DNA of 58,450 nucleotides. Source: Deltaproteobacteria bacterium (GTDB lineage Bacteria > Desulfobacterota > BSN033 > UBA1163). The notes below the pieces were generated by a model, which was not told the origin of the DNA, ran no database searches, and saw only the letters and a list, made by a program, of their open reading frames with translations. The stretch lies in contig VGSS01000002.1 of NCBI GenBank assembly GCA_016874935.1, forward strand, positions 1 to 58,450, given 5' to 3'. The position numbers were made by a program, and so were the translations under genes. Positions 27,001 through 35,111 of this stretch are shown one piece after another (position 1 is the first letter of the stretch; each line of letters opens with the position of its first letter).

Positions 27001-28047
27001 TTAGTATTTACCGTATTTCTCGGCTGCCTCGATCATGGTATCAATATTTTCAGCAGGTGTTCCTTCATCAATATACCCGCCAGCAGCCAATATGAATCCA
27101 CCTCCTGCGGCACCCTTGTCAATAATCATACGACAAGCTTCCATCACTTCCCTTGGGGTTCCATTACGCAAAACTGTAAGGGGAGCAACATTCCCCATGA
27201 GGCAGACCCGATCACCAATTCGACGCTTTGCATCGCTCAAATTCACCTCATAGCCAAGATGGAAGCATTCGATACCTGCATCGGCAAGCGCCTCGAGGAT
27301 AGAAGTAGCATTCGCATCGTTATGATACCAGCGTTCTGTTTCAGGAAATGAACCGAAAACCTTTTGGTAGATGGGCAGAATAAATTCTCGAAAGTGCTTG
27401 GGACCTACAAATGAAGAAAGATCATCCCAGACTAGTATCCTTTGGAAAGTTCCTTGCGGGACCTCAGATTTGATCTTATGGAGCCAATGAATAATCGTAT
27501 CTGTTGTTTTTTCCACAAGCCTTTTCACCAAACTGGGTTGAAGGATTAAGTCTTCCATAATTTGACTGGTCCCTCGCATAAGAGCTGCTACCCCCCAAGG
27601 AGAATGAACATTGTTAAAGCTTACTGGGACTCCCTCACCTGCTGCTTTACGCATGTATCGATATGTATGAATGGCACGCGCCATATAACCTGCAGCCTCT
27701 GGATTAGGAATTTCAAGTTGCTCAACATCTTCAAGGGTCTTGATATGAGGGATAATCCAAACAGTCCCGTCAGCAGTCCATTTCAATTTAGCGCCTAAAG
27801 CCGAGGGCTCCACCGCCATGGACAAGTCTGGAAAAACGCCAGTTAAATTGTAAAAGCGTTCACGGACTTTAAGCTGGCATTCCACCATCAAAGCCGGGTC
27901 ATGGTAATATTGATATGGGTCGATTCCATTATATTTTGTAATGAAAGGACCATTGACATGCAGAAAAACTGGGACTTGATCAGGTTCTTCGTGGCGGATT
28001 GTTTTATTAATCCTTTCCCAGTTTTTTATAGCAAATTCCTTATCCAT
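27001..28047 (-). CDS. Uroporphyrinogen-decarboxylase (URO-D) fold methyltransferase, MtaA/CmuA-like
   Basis: It is ~350 aa with URO-D-family-like sequence and lies immediately upstream of the corrinoid protein. Start is ATG 28047 (MDKEFAIKNWE). Confidence 0.65.
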   Translation of the reverse strand: MDKEFAIKNWERINKTIRHEEPDQVPVFLHVNGPFITKYNGIDPYQYYHDPALMVECQLKVRERFYNLTGVFPDLSMAVEPSALGAKLKWTADGTVWIIPHIKTLEDVEQLEIPNPEAAGYMARAIHTYRYMRKAAGEGVPVSFNNVHSPWGVAALMRGTSQIMEDLILQPSLVKRLVEKTTDTIIHWLHKIKSEVPQGTFQRILVWDDLSSFVGPKHFREFILPIYQKVFGSFPETERWYHNDANATSILEALADAGIECFHLGYEVNLSDAKRRIGDRVCLMGNVAPLTVLRNGTPREVMEACRMIIDKGAAGGGFILAAGGYIDEGTPAENIDTMIEAAEKYGKY

Positions 28048-28609
28048 AACCGTAGTCCCTTTTAGCACCTTTCCTAATATTTCTGCTATCTAAACTCTTG
28101 CCCTTTTTCTTGAGTGCATAAAAAAGGCTGTTATCCTAAAATAGACTAAAGAAAGCGCCAACTTATCTTAGCCCAGAAAAGAGAACAGCCCAGGAGAATC
28201 CAAAATGCCCTTCTCCTGGTGTGCGGTCGTCTCATGGTACGTGCCTCCTTGGTTTGAATGATTTGACCAGATGATTCGATAAAAGACCCGATATTTGAAT
28301 TTCTCCAAAACCTTTTCAGGGTTCCTAAATGGGATGGCCGCCTGCGAGGGCGGGGACCTTTACTTCTCGGTCAAAGAGAGCGGTTAAGAGCCGAACCCAT
28401 TCAGCACGTCCATGAACGAAAGGAAGGGTGAGCTGAGAAGATTTCAAGCAGAACCCTTCGTTATTGAACGACCCCCGCGTCCCTCTGTCTGAACAGATAA
28501 CATTGAAGGCCGTCTCCATAACACCGATATTCCCTATTTGAAAGCCTTGAGACCCGGCCGTCCTCAAAGCCTTACAGGCAAAGAGTGTTTTTATTCGCAC
28601 TTACCCAGT

Positions 28610-29968
28610 CTACTGGACACGCTTAATCCGGGTCACCTCACCCACGCCCATGCCCGGAAGGATGCCAAACCGCGTGACAAACCCTCCAGCGCCATAACCC
28701 TTTTTTATGATCCGGCCCTCAAAGGCAACCATCTCTCCGTTCACGAAAGTATAGACGACCTCCCTTTCCAGAGGGTTTATGACTGCGATATCCGCCCTCG
28801 ATCCCTCTGCAAGGCTTCCCAACTCTTTCAGCCACCATTCCTGCCCGGTCACCTTGGACATCAAGCGAGCTGGGTTCGTACTCATCATGGCGAAGGCGTT
28901 GATAGGATCAAACACCCCCAACTCGATCAGATCCAGGATCGCCGGAACGCTATCTTTCACATCCCCAAACCCTTTCACAGAGTGGGAAGGGGCATCGGAA
29001 ACCAGAATGTTAATCACCCCTTCTTTTAAGATGCTCAGGGAGAGTTCTCTGCATGCCTCTGAAATCACAATTCCGTCTCGATCTCCTCTTGATCGTCTCA
29101 AGAGGGTGGTCGTCAATTCGCCGGTGACGTGATCATTATTCCGGATCAGGTCCAGGACAGCCCTATAGGCTTTCTCGCCGGCTGTTCCGGTGGCATCCGC
29201 GTGACCCAGGTGGACGGGACGGCCCTCGGCCCACTTCACAATTTCTTCAGCGTAGGAAGAACACTGGGTATGGGACATGAAGAGCAGTTTGCTTTCGGCG
29301 GCGATGGTCGCCGCTCTTTTCATGTTCTCTTCGGAAAGGATAAAATGGGCGGCATGATCCTTGATACCGACAGCCAGGGGAGCCGTCTTGAGTGTAAATC
29401 GGCTCCGCGAGATCTTCTGCAGTCCTACATTCTCGTCCAGTTCCCCTCTCATGAACGCGATCAGCTCTCGGTCGCTGGCATTTTGGCCTAATACGCCTAA
29501 GGCCCCGAGATAGACTCCCATGTTCATCAAGCTCCCGCGGTCCAGTTCGGACCCAAGGAAGGAGGGGGCCCTCAGGGAATTGGCGGCACCGGGCGTAAGC
29601 CCCGTCGTCACCCCATGGACAACCGCCTCTTCCATAATCGGGATATGGAATGTCAGGAGATCGTAGAGGTGAAGGTGAATATCGAAAAGGCCGGGAACGA
29701 CCATCAATCCTTCCGCATCGATTATGGCGTCCCCTCGGGCAGCCTCGATCGACTCTCTCACGGATAGGATCTTCCCACCCCAAATGGATAGATCCATCAC
29801 CTTGTCCATGTTCGAAAAAGGATCGATGACGCGGCCTCTCTTGATAACGAGTTTTGTATTCTCCGGGATATCTTTAAATGGATTGACCAACTCCATGTTT
29901 CTCACATGGGCGATGACATTCGGTAACTCAGCAATGGGCTGTTTAAATCTCACGGTATGTGCCTCCAT
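28610..29968 (-). CDS. Metal-dependent amidohydrolase superfamily protein (dihydroorotase/deacylase-like)
   Basis: VVPGLFDIHLHLYD is the HxH motif. It also has internal H ligands, a late VSDAPSH, and a C-terminal GSRADIAVINP composite-domain pattern. Length is 452 aa. Confidence 0.7.
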   Translation of the reverse strand: MEAHTVRFKQPIAELPNVIAHVRNMELVNPFKDIPENTKLVIKRGRVIDPFSNMDKVMDLSIWGGKILSVRESIEAARGDAIIDAEGLMVVPGLFDIHLHLYDLLTFHIPIMEEAVVHGVTTGLTPGAANSLRAPSFLGSELDRGSLMNMGVYLGALGVLGQNASDRELIAFMRGELDENVGLQKISRSRFTLKTAPLAVGIKDHAAHFILSEENMKRAATIAAESKLLFMSHTQCSSYAEEIVKWAEGRPVHLGHADATGTAGEKAYRAVLDLIRNNDHVTGELTTTLLRRSRGDRDGIVISEACRELSLSILKEGVINILVSDAPSHSVKGFGDVKDSVPAILDLIELGVFDPINAFAMMSTNPARLMSKVTGQEWWLKELGSLAEGSRADIAVINPLEREVVYTFVNGEMVAFEGRIIKKGYGAGGFVTRFGILPGMGVGEVTRIKRVQ

Positions 29969-30015
29969 TTCTATTGTCCCCTAAGTTCTCCATGGAGATC
30001 CCAGGGGACGAAAAA

Positions 30016-30921
30016 CTACTGGCCTGGCTCGGCATATTGAGCCTTCGCCACAACATGATCGTACCAATCGAGGATCTCTTCGCCCGTCATAAATAAGACG
30101 CCTTCATGTCGTTTCATGTATTCGAGGAGCATCTCTATAAATTTGATCCTGTGGGTCGCTCCCGAGACATAGGGATGTAATGCGATACCCATGATCCTTG
30201 AGCTTTCAAAACCTTCTTCGTAAAGTGTGTCAAAGGCCAGACGACCCCTATCGTATATCTCCGGAGAACTGTGTTGCTGAACGATGTATATCACAATATC
30301 GTTCAACTCCACCGTGTATGGAACTGCAATAAGCCTTCCCTTTATCACTTTCAGGGGATAGGGTTGGTCGTCATTGACCCAATCGGCTACATACTCAAGC
30401 CCCTCTTCGGCGAGAATATCGGGAGTCTCAAAAGTCTCGTGCAGACCAGGGCCCATCCATCCCCGAGGACTCTTGCCTGTGAAGTTACGAATCGTCTCCA
30501 TGGTCTTCCGAATGACCGCACGCTGGTCCTTCTCAAGAAAGATGGCTCTCTGTTCATAACCATGAGCGAGGATTTCCCATTTACTCTCCAGCATGGCTTG
30601 GACCAATTCTGGATAGACATTGCACACAGGCGCATTTAAACTGACCGTGGCCCTTATCCCATGTTTGTCAAGAACCCTTTTGATACGCCAGAAGCCCACT
30701 CTCAGGCCGTATTCAAACCAGCTGTAATTGGGGATGTCAGGAGCCGGTGTCTGAGCACCCTGTGGCGCCGGCATATAGGATCTGGCCATAACGGCATTGA
30801 TATCCCATTTTTCGACGTTCAGGATGAACCAAACGCCGAGTCTGGCATTGTTGGGAAGTTTCACAGAGGGACGACGAAAAGGGGAAGAATACTTCGCCCG
30901 GCTTTTACTCTCTTCATTCAT
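30016..30921 (-). CDS. Polysaccharide deacetylase (NodB-homology) family hydrolase, PuuE-allantoinase-like
   Basis: The pattern is ...FEYGLRVGFWRIKRVLDKHGIRATVSLN...WEILAHGY...MGPGLHET...IALHPY. Length is 301 aa. The family assignment is by eye. Confidence 0.6.
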   Translation of the reverse strand: MNEESKSRAKYSSPFRRPSVKLPNNARLGVWFILNVEKWDINAVMARSYMPAPQGAQTPAPDIPNYSWFEYGLRVGFWRIKRVLDKHGIRATVSLNAPVCNVYPELVQAMLESKWEILAHGYEQRAIFLEKDQRAVIRKTMETIRNFTGKSPRGWMGPGLHETFETPDILAEEGLEYVADWVNDDQPYPLKVIKGRLIAVPYTVELNDIVIYIVQQHSSPEIYDRGRLAFDTLYEEGFESSRIMGIALHPYVSGATHRIKFIEMLLEYMKRHEGVLFMTGEEILDWYDHVVAKAQYAEPGQ

Positions 30922-30978
30922 GGATGATCCTCCTTTCTCATAGTGGTGTTTAGTCGGGATCGATCAGGGTCCTCACCT

Positions 30979-31746
30979 TTACCATGCTGTCCAGCCCCCA
31001 TCCACCGGCAGAGTGATGCCTGTTACCATGTCGGAGGCGTCACTGGCTAAAAAGACGGTCGCTCCCACCAGATCCACTGGCTGGCAGAACCTCTTGACCG
31101 GAAGCCGCTCTAACATAAATTTCTGCCATGCCTCATTGACAAAGAGCTCCTCGTTGAGCGTGGTCCGGGTGGCCGTGGGGGCGATGGCATTCACATTCAC
31201 ATTGTAAGGACCCCATTCGATGGCAAGGACTTTGGTCAACTGGCCTACACCTCCCTTGCTCGAGGCATAGGCTGATCTTTTTTCAAACCCGACCAGGCCG
31301 AAGGTCGAGCTGACGTTGATGATCTTTCCCTTCCGTCGCGGGACCATGTGACGGCCCGCTGTTTGACTGGCGAGGAAGTAACTTTTGAGATTCGTGTCGA
31401 GGACGAGATCCCATTCCTGCTCGGTCATATCGAGGGTAGGCTTGTTGACGTTGACACCGGCGTTGTTGACGAGGATGTCAATTTGGCCGAACGTTGCCAG
31501 CGAGGCATCAACCATGGCCTGGATATCGCTTGCTTTCGTCACGTCTACCCGCTGGACAAGGGCTTCTCGACCCATGGCGCGGATTTCTTTGGCCAATCCT
31601 TCGAGTTCATCTACCGAACGACTGCAGATCGCAACGTCTGCCCCCGCATTTGCAAGGCCCAGCGCCAACGTGCGACCAATTCCACGGCTGGCGCCGGTTA
31701 TAACCGCAACTTTTTCTGTTAGAGCGAAACTTGGAAATTCCATCAC
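30979..31746 (-). CDS. Short-chain dehydrogenase/reductase (classical SDR)
   Basis: Motifs are TGASRGIG, NNAG and S...YASSK (YxxxK). Length is 255 aa. Confidence 0.85.
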   Translation of the reverse strand: MMEFPSFALTEKVAVITGASRGIGRTLALGLANAGADVAICSRSVDELEGLAKEIRAMGREALVQRVDVTKASDIQAMVDASLATFGQIDILVNNAGVNVNKPTLDMTEQEWDLVLDTNLKSYFLASQTAGRHMVPRRKGKIINVSSTFGLVGFEKRSAYASSKGGVGQLTKVLAIEWGPYNVNVNAIAPTATRTTLNEELFVNEAWQKFMLERLPVKRFCQPVDLVGATVFLASDASDMVTGITLPVDGGWTAW

Positions 31747-31840
31747 AATCCCTCCGTGTGTGCTGAGTTTTGGGGTTAACCTGTTTCTTTCTTACCAAAG
31801 ATGTGAGGAAGAGTCAACAAGGCCGAGTCGATCTGTCAGC

Positions 31841-31985
31841 TTAGGACAGGTTTGCCCTCACCATGGAGATGAATTCTTCGACGACCGGATCACTGAACTC
31901 CTTCCGATTCGATGTATTCTTTGAGGAAAAAGGCCTCTTCTTCTTTTGTATCGAGCGTGGCGATCAAGAGTACGGTCTTTCCCAT
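31841..31985 (-). pseudogene. UPF0261/Tm-1-like gene remnant (N-terminal 31 codons, possibly fused to a C-terminal tail)
   Basis: MGKTVLLIATLDTKEEEAFFLKEYIESEGVQ* has GGGAGA upstream and aligns with MKKTVLLIATFDTKEEEALYLKKRIEVRGV of ORF 47554..48798. The +1 frame continues SDPVVEEFISMVRANLS*, resembling that paralogue's C-terminal DPEFIDPVTNAFLSMM. Confidence 0.6.
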
Positions 31986-32014
31986 CTGTTGTCTCCCTAT
32001 GACTTTGGAGTTTC

Positions 32015-32800
32015 TCACTCTTCGGTGAAGGATTGAAGTTTCCTGACGGAGTTCTTACTGATCTCCAGAATCAGCTTGATGTCTGTAGAGAAGCCGATGA
32101 TCTGCATCCCTTCTCTCATCCAATATTCTGCGGCCTTGAGGGAATCGGTATGGATACCCGGAATGAGGCCGTATTCCTTTGAGATCTCGATCACTCGATG
32201 CACGGCATGGAGGAATCTGGGATCTTCTGCCTGCCCTGTGATTCCCAGCGATGCGCAAAGATCCGAGGGCCCGACAAAGGCACCATCGATGCCCGGCACC
32301 GACAAAAGATCGGGGAGCCGTTCAATCGCATCACGGTGTTCGATCTGGAGGAGGATGAGAACTTCTTCATTGAGCTGCCTCATGGTCTCTGCGGGTCGGT
32401 CTCCTTCAAAGAAGGTGTGCTGGCGGGAGAGGGCTATACCACGCTCACCGAGCGGCGAATAGCGAGACCACTTCACAATATTCAAGACGTCGTCTTGCGT
32501 CTGAACCTGAGGAACCAAGAGACCCTCCGCGCCCGCGTCGAGAGGCCGGGAAAGATTTTCGGACAGTGCACGACTGGGAGGTCTCACGATGGGAGAAATC
32601 CCCGAGGCCCGACCGGCAAGGATCATATCGCTCATCGTTTCTGTGGTGAAAGGGGAATGTTCCATATCGATGAAAAAGAAGTCAAACCCTGCCTGTGCGA
32701 AGAGAATCGCAATTCCCGGTGTCCGGATCTCCGAGACCATGGGACCGAAAACAATCTTGCCTTCCTTCAGCCTCTGTTTTACCCGATTTCTAAAAACCAT
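32015..32800 (-). CDS. HpcH/HpaI-family 2-keto-3-deoxy-acid aldolase
   Basis: GFDFFFIDMEHSPF, LVPQVQT and the overall 261-aa TIM-barrel pattern resemble HpaI/GarL-like aldolases. Confidence 0.8.
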   Translation of the reverse strand: MVFRNRVKQRLKEGKIVFGPMVSEIRTPGIAILFAQAGFDFFFIDMEHSPFTTETMSDMILAGRASGISPIVRPPSRALSENLSRPLDAGAEGLLVPQVQTQDDVLNIVKWSRYSPLGERGIALSRQHTFFEGDRPAETMRQLNEEVLILLQIEHRDAIERLPDLLSVPGIDGAFVGPSDLCASLGITGQAEDPRFLHAVHRVIEISKEYGLIPGIHTDSLKAAEYWMREGMQIIGFSTDIKLILEISKNSVRKLQSFTEE

Positions 32801-32892
32801 GATGGCCTCGTTTCTTCTGAGTGCCTAACTGAAGAACTTTCCACCGTTGATATACAATAGAGGAGAGACGTTCACGATCCAGCCTCTTCCTC

Positions 32893-33192
32893 TTATTTGC
32901 CAAATTGCTTGACCGAGGCTTGGGAACGGAGGAAGGATCCATTGAGATTGAAATCCACGACCTTAAAGATAATGGCCTCGATCAACTCATTCTGCCGGAC
33001 ATCCCCTAAGAGTGCAAGCACTGATCCGGGAGGCGAAAGTTGAACGTTGGCTTGATCGATGGATTCCTCGTAAATGTTGTTAAGCCCCACCTTGGCGCCT
33101 TCCCTTAAAAAGGCCTTGCAGAAATGGAAACCCAATCCGGACGCGGCGCCGGTGATGGAGCCCCCTTCTCTTTGAGCCTCATCGCTATTTCC
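32893..33192 (-). pseudogene. Truncated SDR remnant
   Basis: The frame reads ...GGSITGAASGLGFHFCKAFLREGAKV...DFNLNGSFL...*. The TGxxxGxG N-terminus is present, but there is no ATG, no YxxxK half, and it is only ~100 codons. Confidence 0.6.
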
Positions 33193-33217
33193 TCAGAGAG
33201 GATGCGTATTTCGACAG

Positions 33218-34066
33218 TCACCAGGCCCTGAAGTCATAGTCCCGAGACTTGATCTCTACCTTGATCTTCCTCACCTCTTCGATGAAATCGGTCAAATTCT
33301 GCCCTGCCTTTTCAAAGATCCGCTTCCCTTTCTCTTTGGTTCCTAAGAAAGGATCCCCAATGGTTGCCTCCTCGGCATATTCATGATGTTCCATCGGGAT
33401 CGTGATATTTTCCGATCCCTGGAAGATCACGGTAGGAACGCCGTCCGTCTTTGCAAAGGCTGATCCCAGCCACTCAGGGGCATGGGCCTTATGCTTCTTC
33501 GCCCTTTCCATATGAACGATCGATTCGTCATAAGCCATGCACTGGGCCGTTTCCATCTCTCCGGAGTGCCATGCGATCTTCTCTTCGAGGATGTCATTGA
33601 TGATCTGAGTTTTCCGCTCGGTGGGGGTCAGATACCAGGCCACGAAGCATCCTGTTTCATACCGAAGGCGCCGGAGCACCTCATCCACCACTTTTGAATT
33701 CGAGGCATGCTGGCTGACATAGATCAGTTTATTAAACCCATGGTAAATGAGGCTTCTTCCTATTTCATAAACAATGCGTCGGAGGGTCTCCCCTGTGAAG
33801 GTGAGCGTTCCAATCCCATCATTCACCCTGCCCATATGGTGTGGGGAATAACCCACAGGGATCATCGGTGTGTAGGGAACCTTCGCCTTCTCGGCAGCTA
33901 ACTTCGTTGTCATAATGGTAGCAATAGCGTCGGTCGATAGAGGGATGTGAGGGCCGTGTTTTTCCTGGCTCCCGATAGGGATCAAGACGATATCGGTCGT
34001 CTTTAAAATGGCCTGAACATCAGGGTACGACATCTCTTCCATTGCATAAGTAGGCTTTTTGACCAT
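33218..34066 (-). CDS. Creatininase-family (creatinine amidohydrolase fold) hydrolase, copy 1
   Basis: Blocks PIGSQEKHGPHIPLSTD, GYSPHHM, YVSQHASN and HSGEMETA are present. It is clearly paralogous to 50004..50861. The start was set at ATG 34066 with AGGAGG upstream. Confidence 0.8.
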   Translation of the reverse strand: MVKKPTYAMEEMSYPDVQAILKTTDIVLIPIGSQEKHGPHIPLSTDAIATIMTTKLAAEKAKVPYTPMIPVGYSPHHMGRVNDGIGTLTFTGETLRRIVYEIGRSLIYHGFNKLIYVSQHASNSKVVDEVLRRLRYETGCFVAWYLTPTERKTQIINDILEEKIAWHSGEMETAQCMAYDESIVHMERAKKHKAHAPEWLGSAFAKTDGVPTVIFQGSENITIPMEHHEYAEEATIGDPFLGTKEKGKRIFEKAGQNLTDFIEEVRKIKVEIKSRDYDFRAW

Positions 34067-34347
34067 GTGATCTCCTCCTTCTGATAGGGTTTTTCCTTTT
34101 GTTAAGCATGTATCTCCTTTAACCCATCGCCTTATTTCTTTCCACATCCTCCCAGTTGACACTGTACATGGCTTTTGTCCTTCCAGAACATCGATCGTGT
34201 TTTGTGGTGCTCCATCAGCAAGCTGGGTCACTGCATCCTTTGTCAACCCTGTTGTTGCAATAAAAACAAATAACGCCATTGGATAAACATTGTCATTGTT
34301 AATCTGAAGAATATTTAAAAACGATAACGGGACCCCACATTCAGTTT

Positions 34348-34443
34348 ACCCCGTTAGAGTACCTTAGGCACTACAATAGGTTGGTTTACCCCTTAAGACC
34401 TTCGGCCTCTTAAGGGGCAAGTGGCTGGCCTTTCTAACGGGGT
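34348..34443. repeat. Nested inverted-repeat element / possible structured RNA
   Basis: Outer 11-bp stem ACCCCGTTAGA (34348..34358) / TCTAACGGGGT (34433..34443) encloses a 10-bp hairpin CCCCTTAAGA (34389..34398) / TCTTAAGGGG (34408..34417). Both 5' arms are preceded by GTTT. Confidence 0.5.
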
Positions 34444-34539
34444 GAAGATCCAAAGTAAGCATGAAATACGGGTTCATTGTCCACCAGGACAAGGCTTTGC
34501 GTTATTCCTGACTGCGAGCGGCCTCGCTCAGGCAGGTCA

Positions 34540-34950
34540 TCACTGCCATTTTTGCAACAATAGGGTCAACGCACCCGTGTGCGGTGTTAGGATGACATTT
34601 TCCATCTGGAAGAATGGATAATGAATATCGGGAGGCTCTTGCGAAAAGTCATCGAGGCCTACTCCTGCGATTTTAACCTGCCCCAGGGCTTCGATCAGTG
34701 CAAGCTCGTCGATGATCTCGCCTCGAGAGGTGTTGTTGAGAAAGGCTGTAAGTTTGATCAAGCTCAATTCTCTCCTTCCGACGAGCCTCAGGGTTTCCGT
34801 AGCCAAAGGGTCATGAAGAGAGAGAAAATCGGATGTCTTCACCATTTCGTCCCTGTCTTTCGTGAAGACAAGGCGGGGAAGGTTCAGGTCTTCAGGGTTG
34901 ACGTATGGATCATAACCCCAGATCATAAAAAAAGTTATGGCCCTCATCAC
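34540..34950 (-). pseudogene. D-isomer-specific 2-hydroxyacid dehydrogenase fragment
   Basis: It contains only the distal NAD-domain and catalytic region (SLHDPLATETLRL, LNNTSRGEIID, ILTPHTG). The substrate domain, the GxGxxG motif and the C-terminal tail are missing. Confidence 0.65.
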
Positions 34951-35111
34951 TTTCTGTTCAGATTATTGTCCTGATCATAACGATCAAATCGATTATTTCA
35001 TAGATATCATGGAATTACCTTCATGCTTTGAGTTGCACACCCAGAGAAAATCTGTTAAATCGAAAATATTCGCATAATCGGAAAGGATGAGGGGTTTCTG
35101 AAAGTGACAGG

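Noticed and set aside
28320-28600. A cobalamin riboswitch might lie upstream of the corrinoid methyltransferase operon, because AGGGAA..GGUG and GAGACC.GGCC strings are present.
   Set aside because: The B12-like fragments are split between opposite strands. The GCCACUG core was not found. The spacing between the AGGGAA block and the B12-box-like string (~20 nt) is incompatible with the known architecture. A covariance-model scan is needed before any call.
34067-34279. N-terminal extensions of several listed ORFs: creatininase 33218..34279, livM 19752..20852, PF09370 18872..19786, dapF 897.., Tat-ferredoxin ..15483, PPC ..53024.
   Set aside because: In each case an internal ATG has a good Shine-Dalgarno sequence and matches the family N-terminus. 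The extension either overlaps the upstream gene or crosses repeat sequence, so the starts were trimmed.
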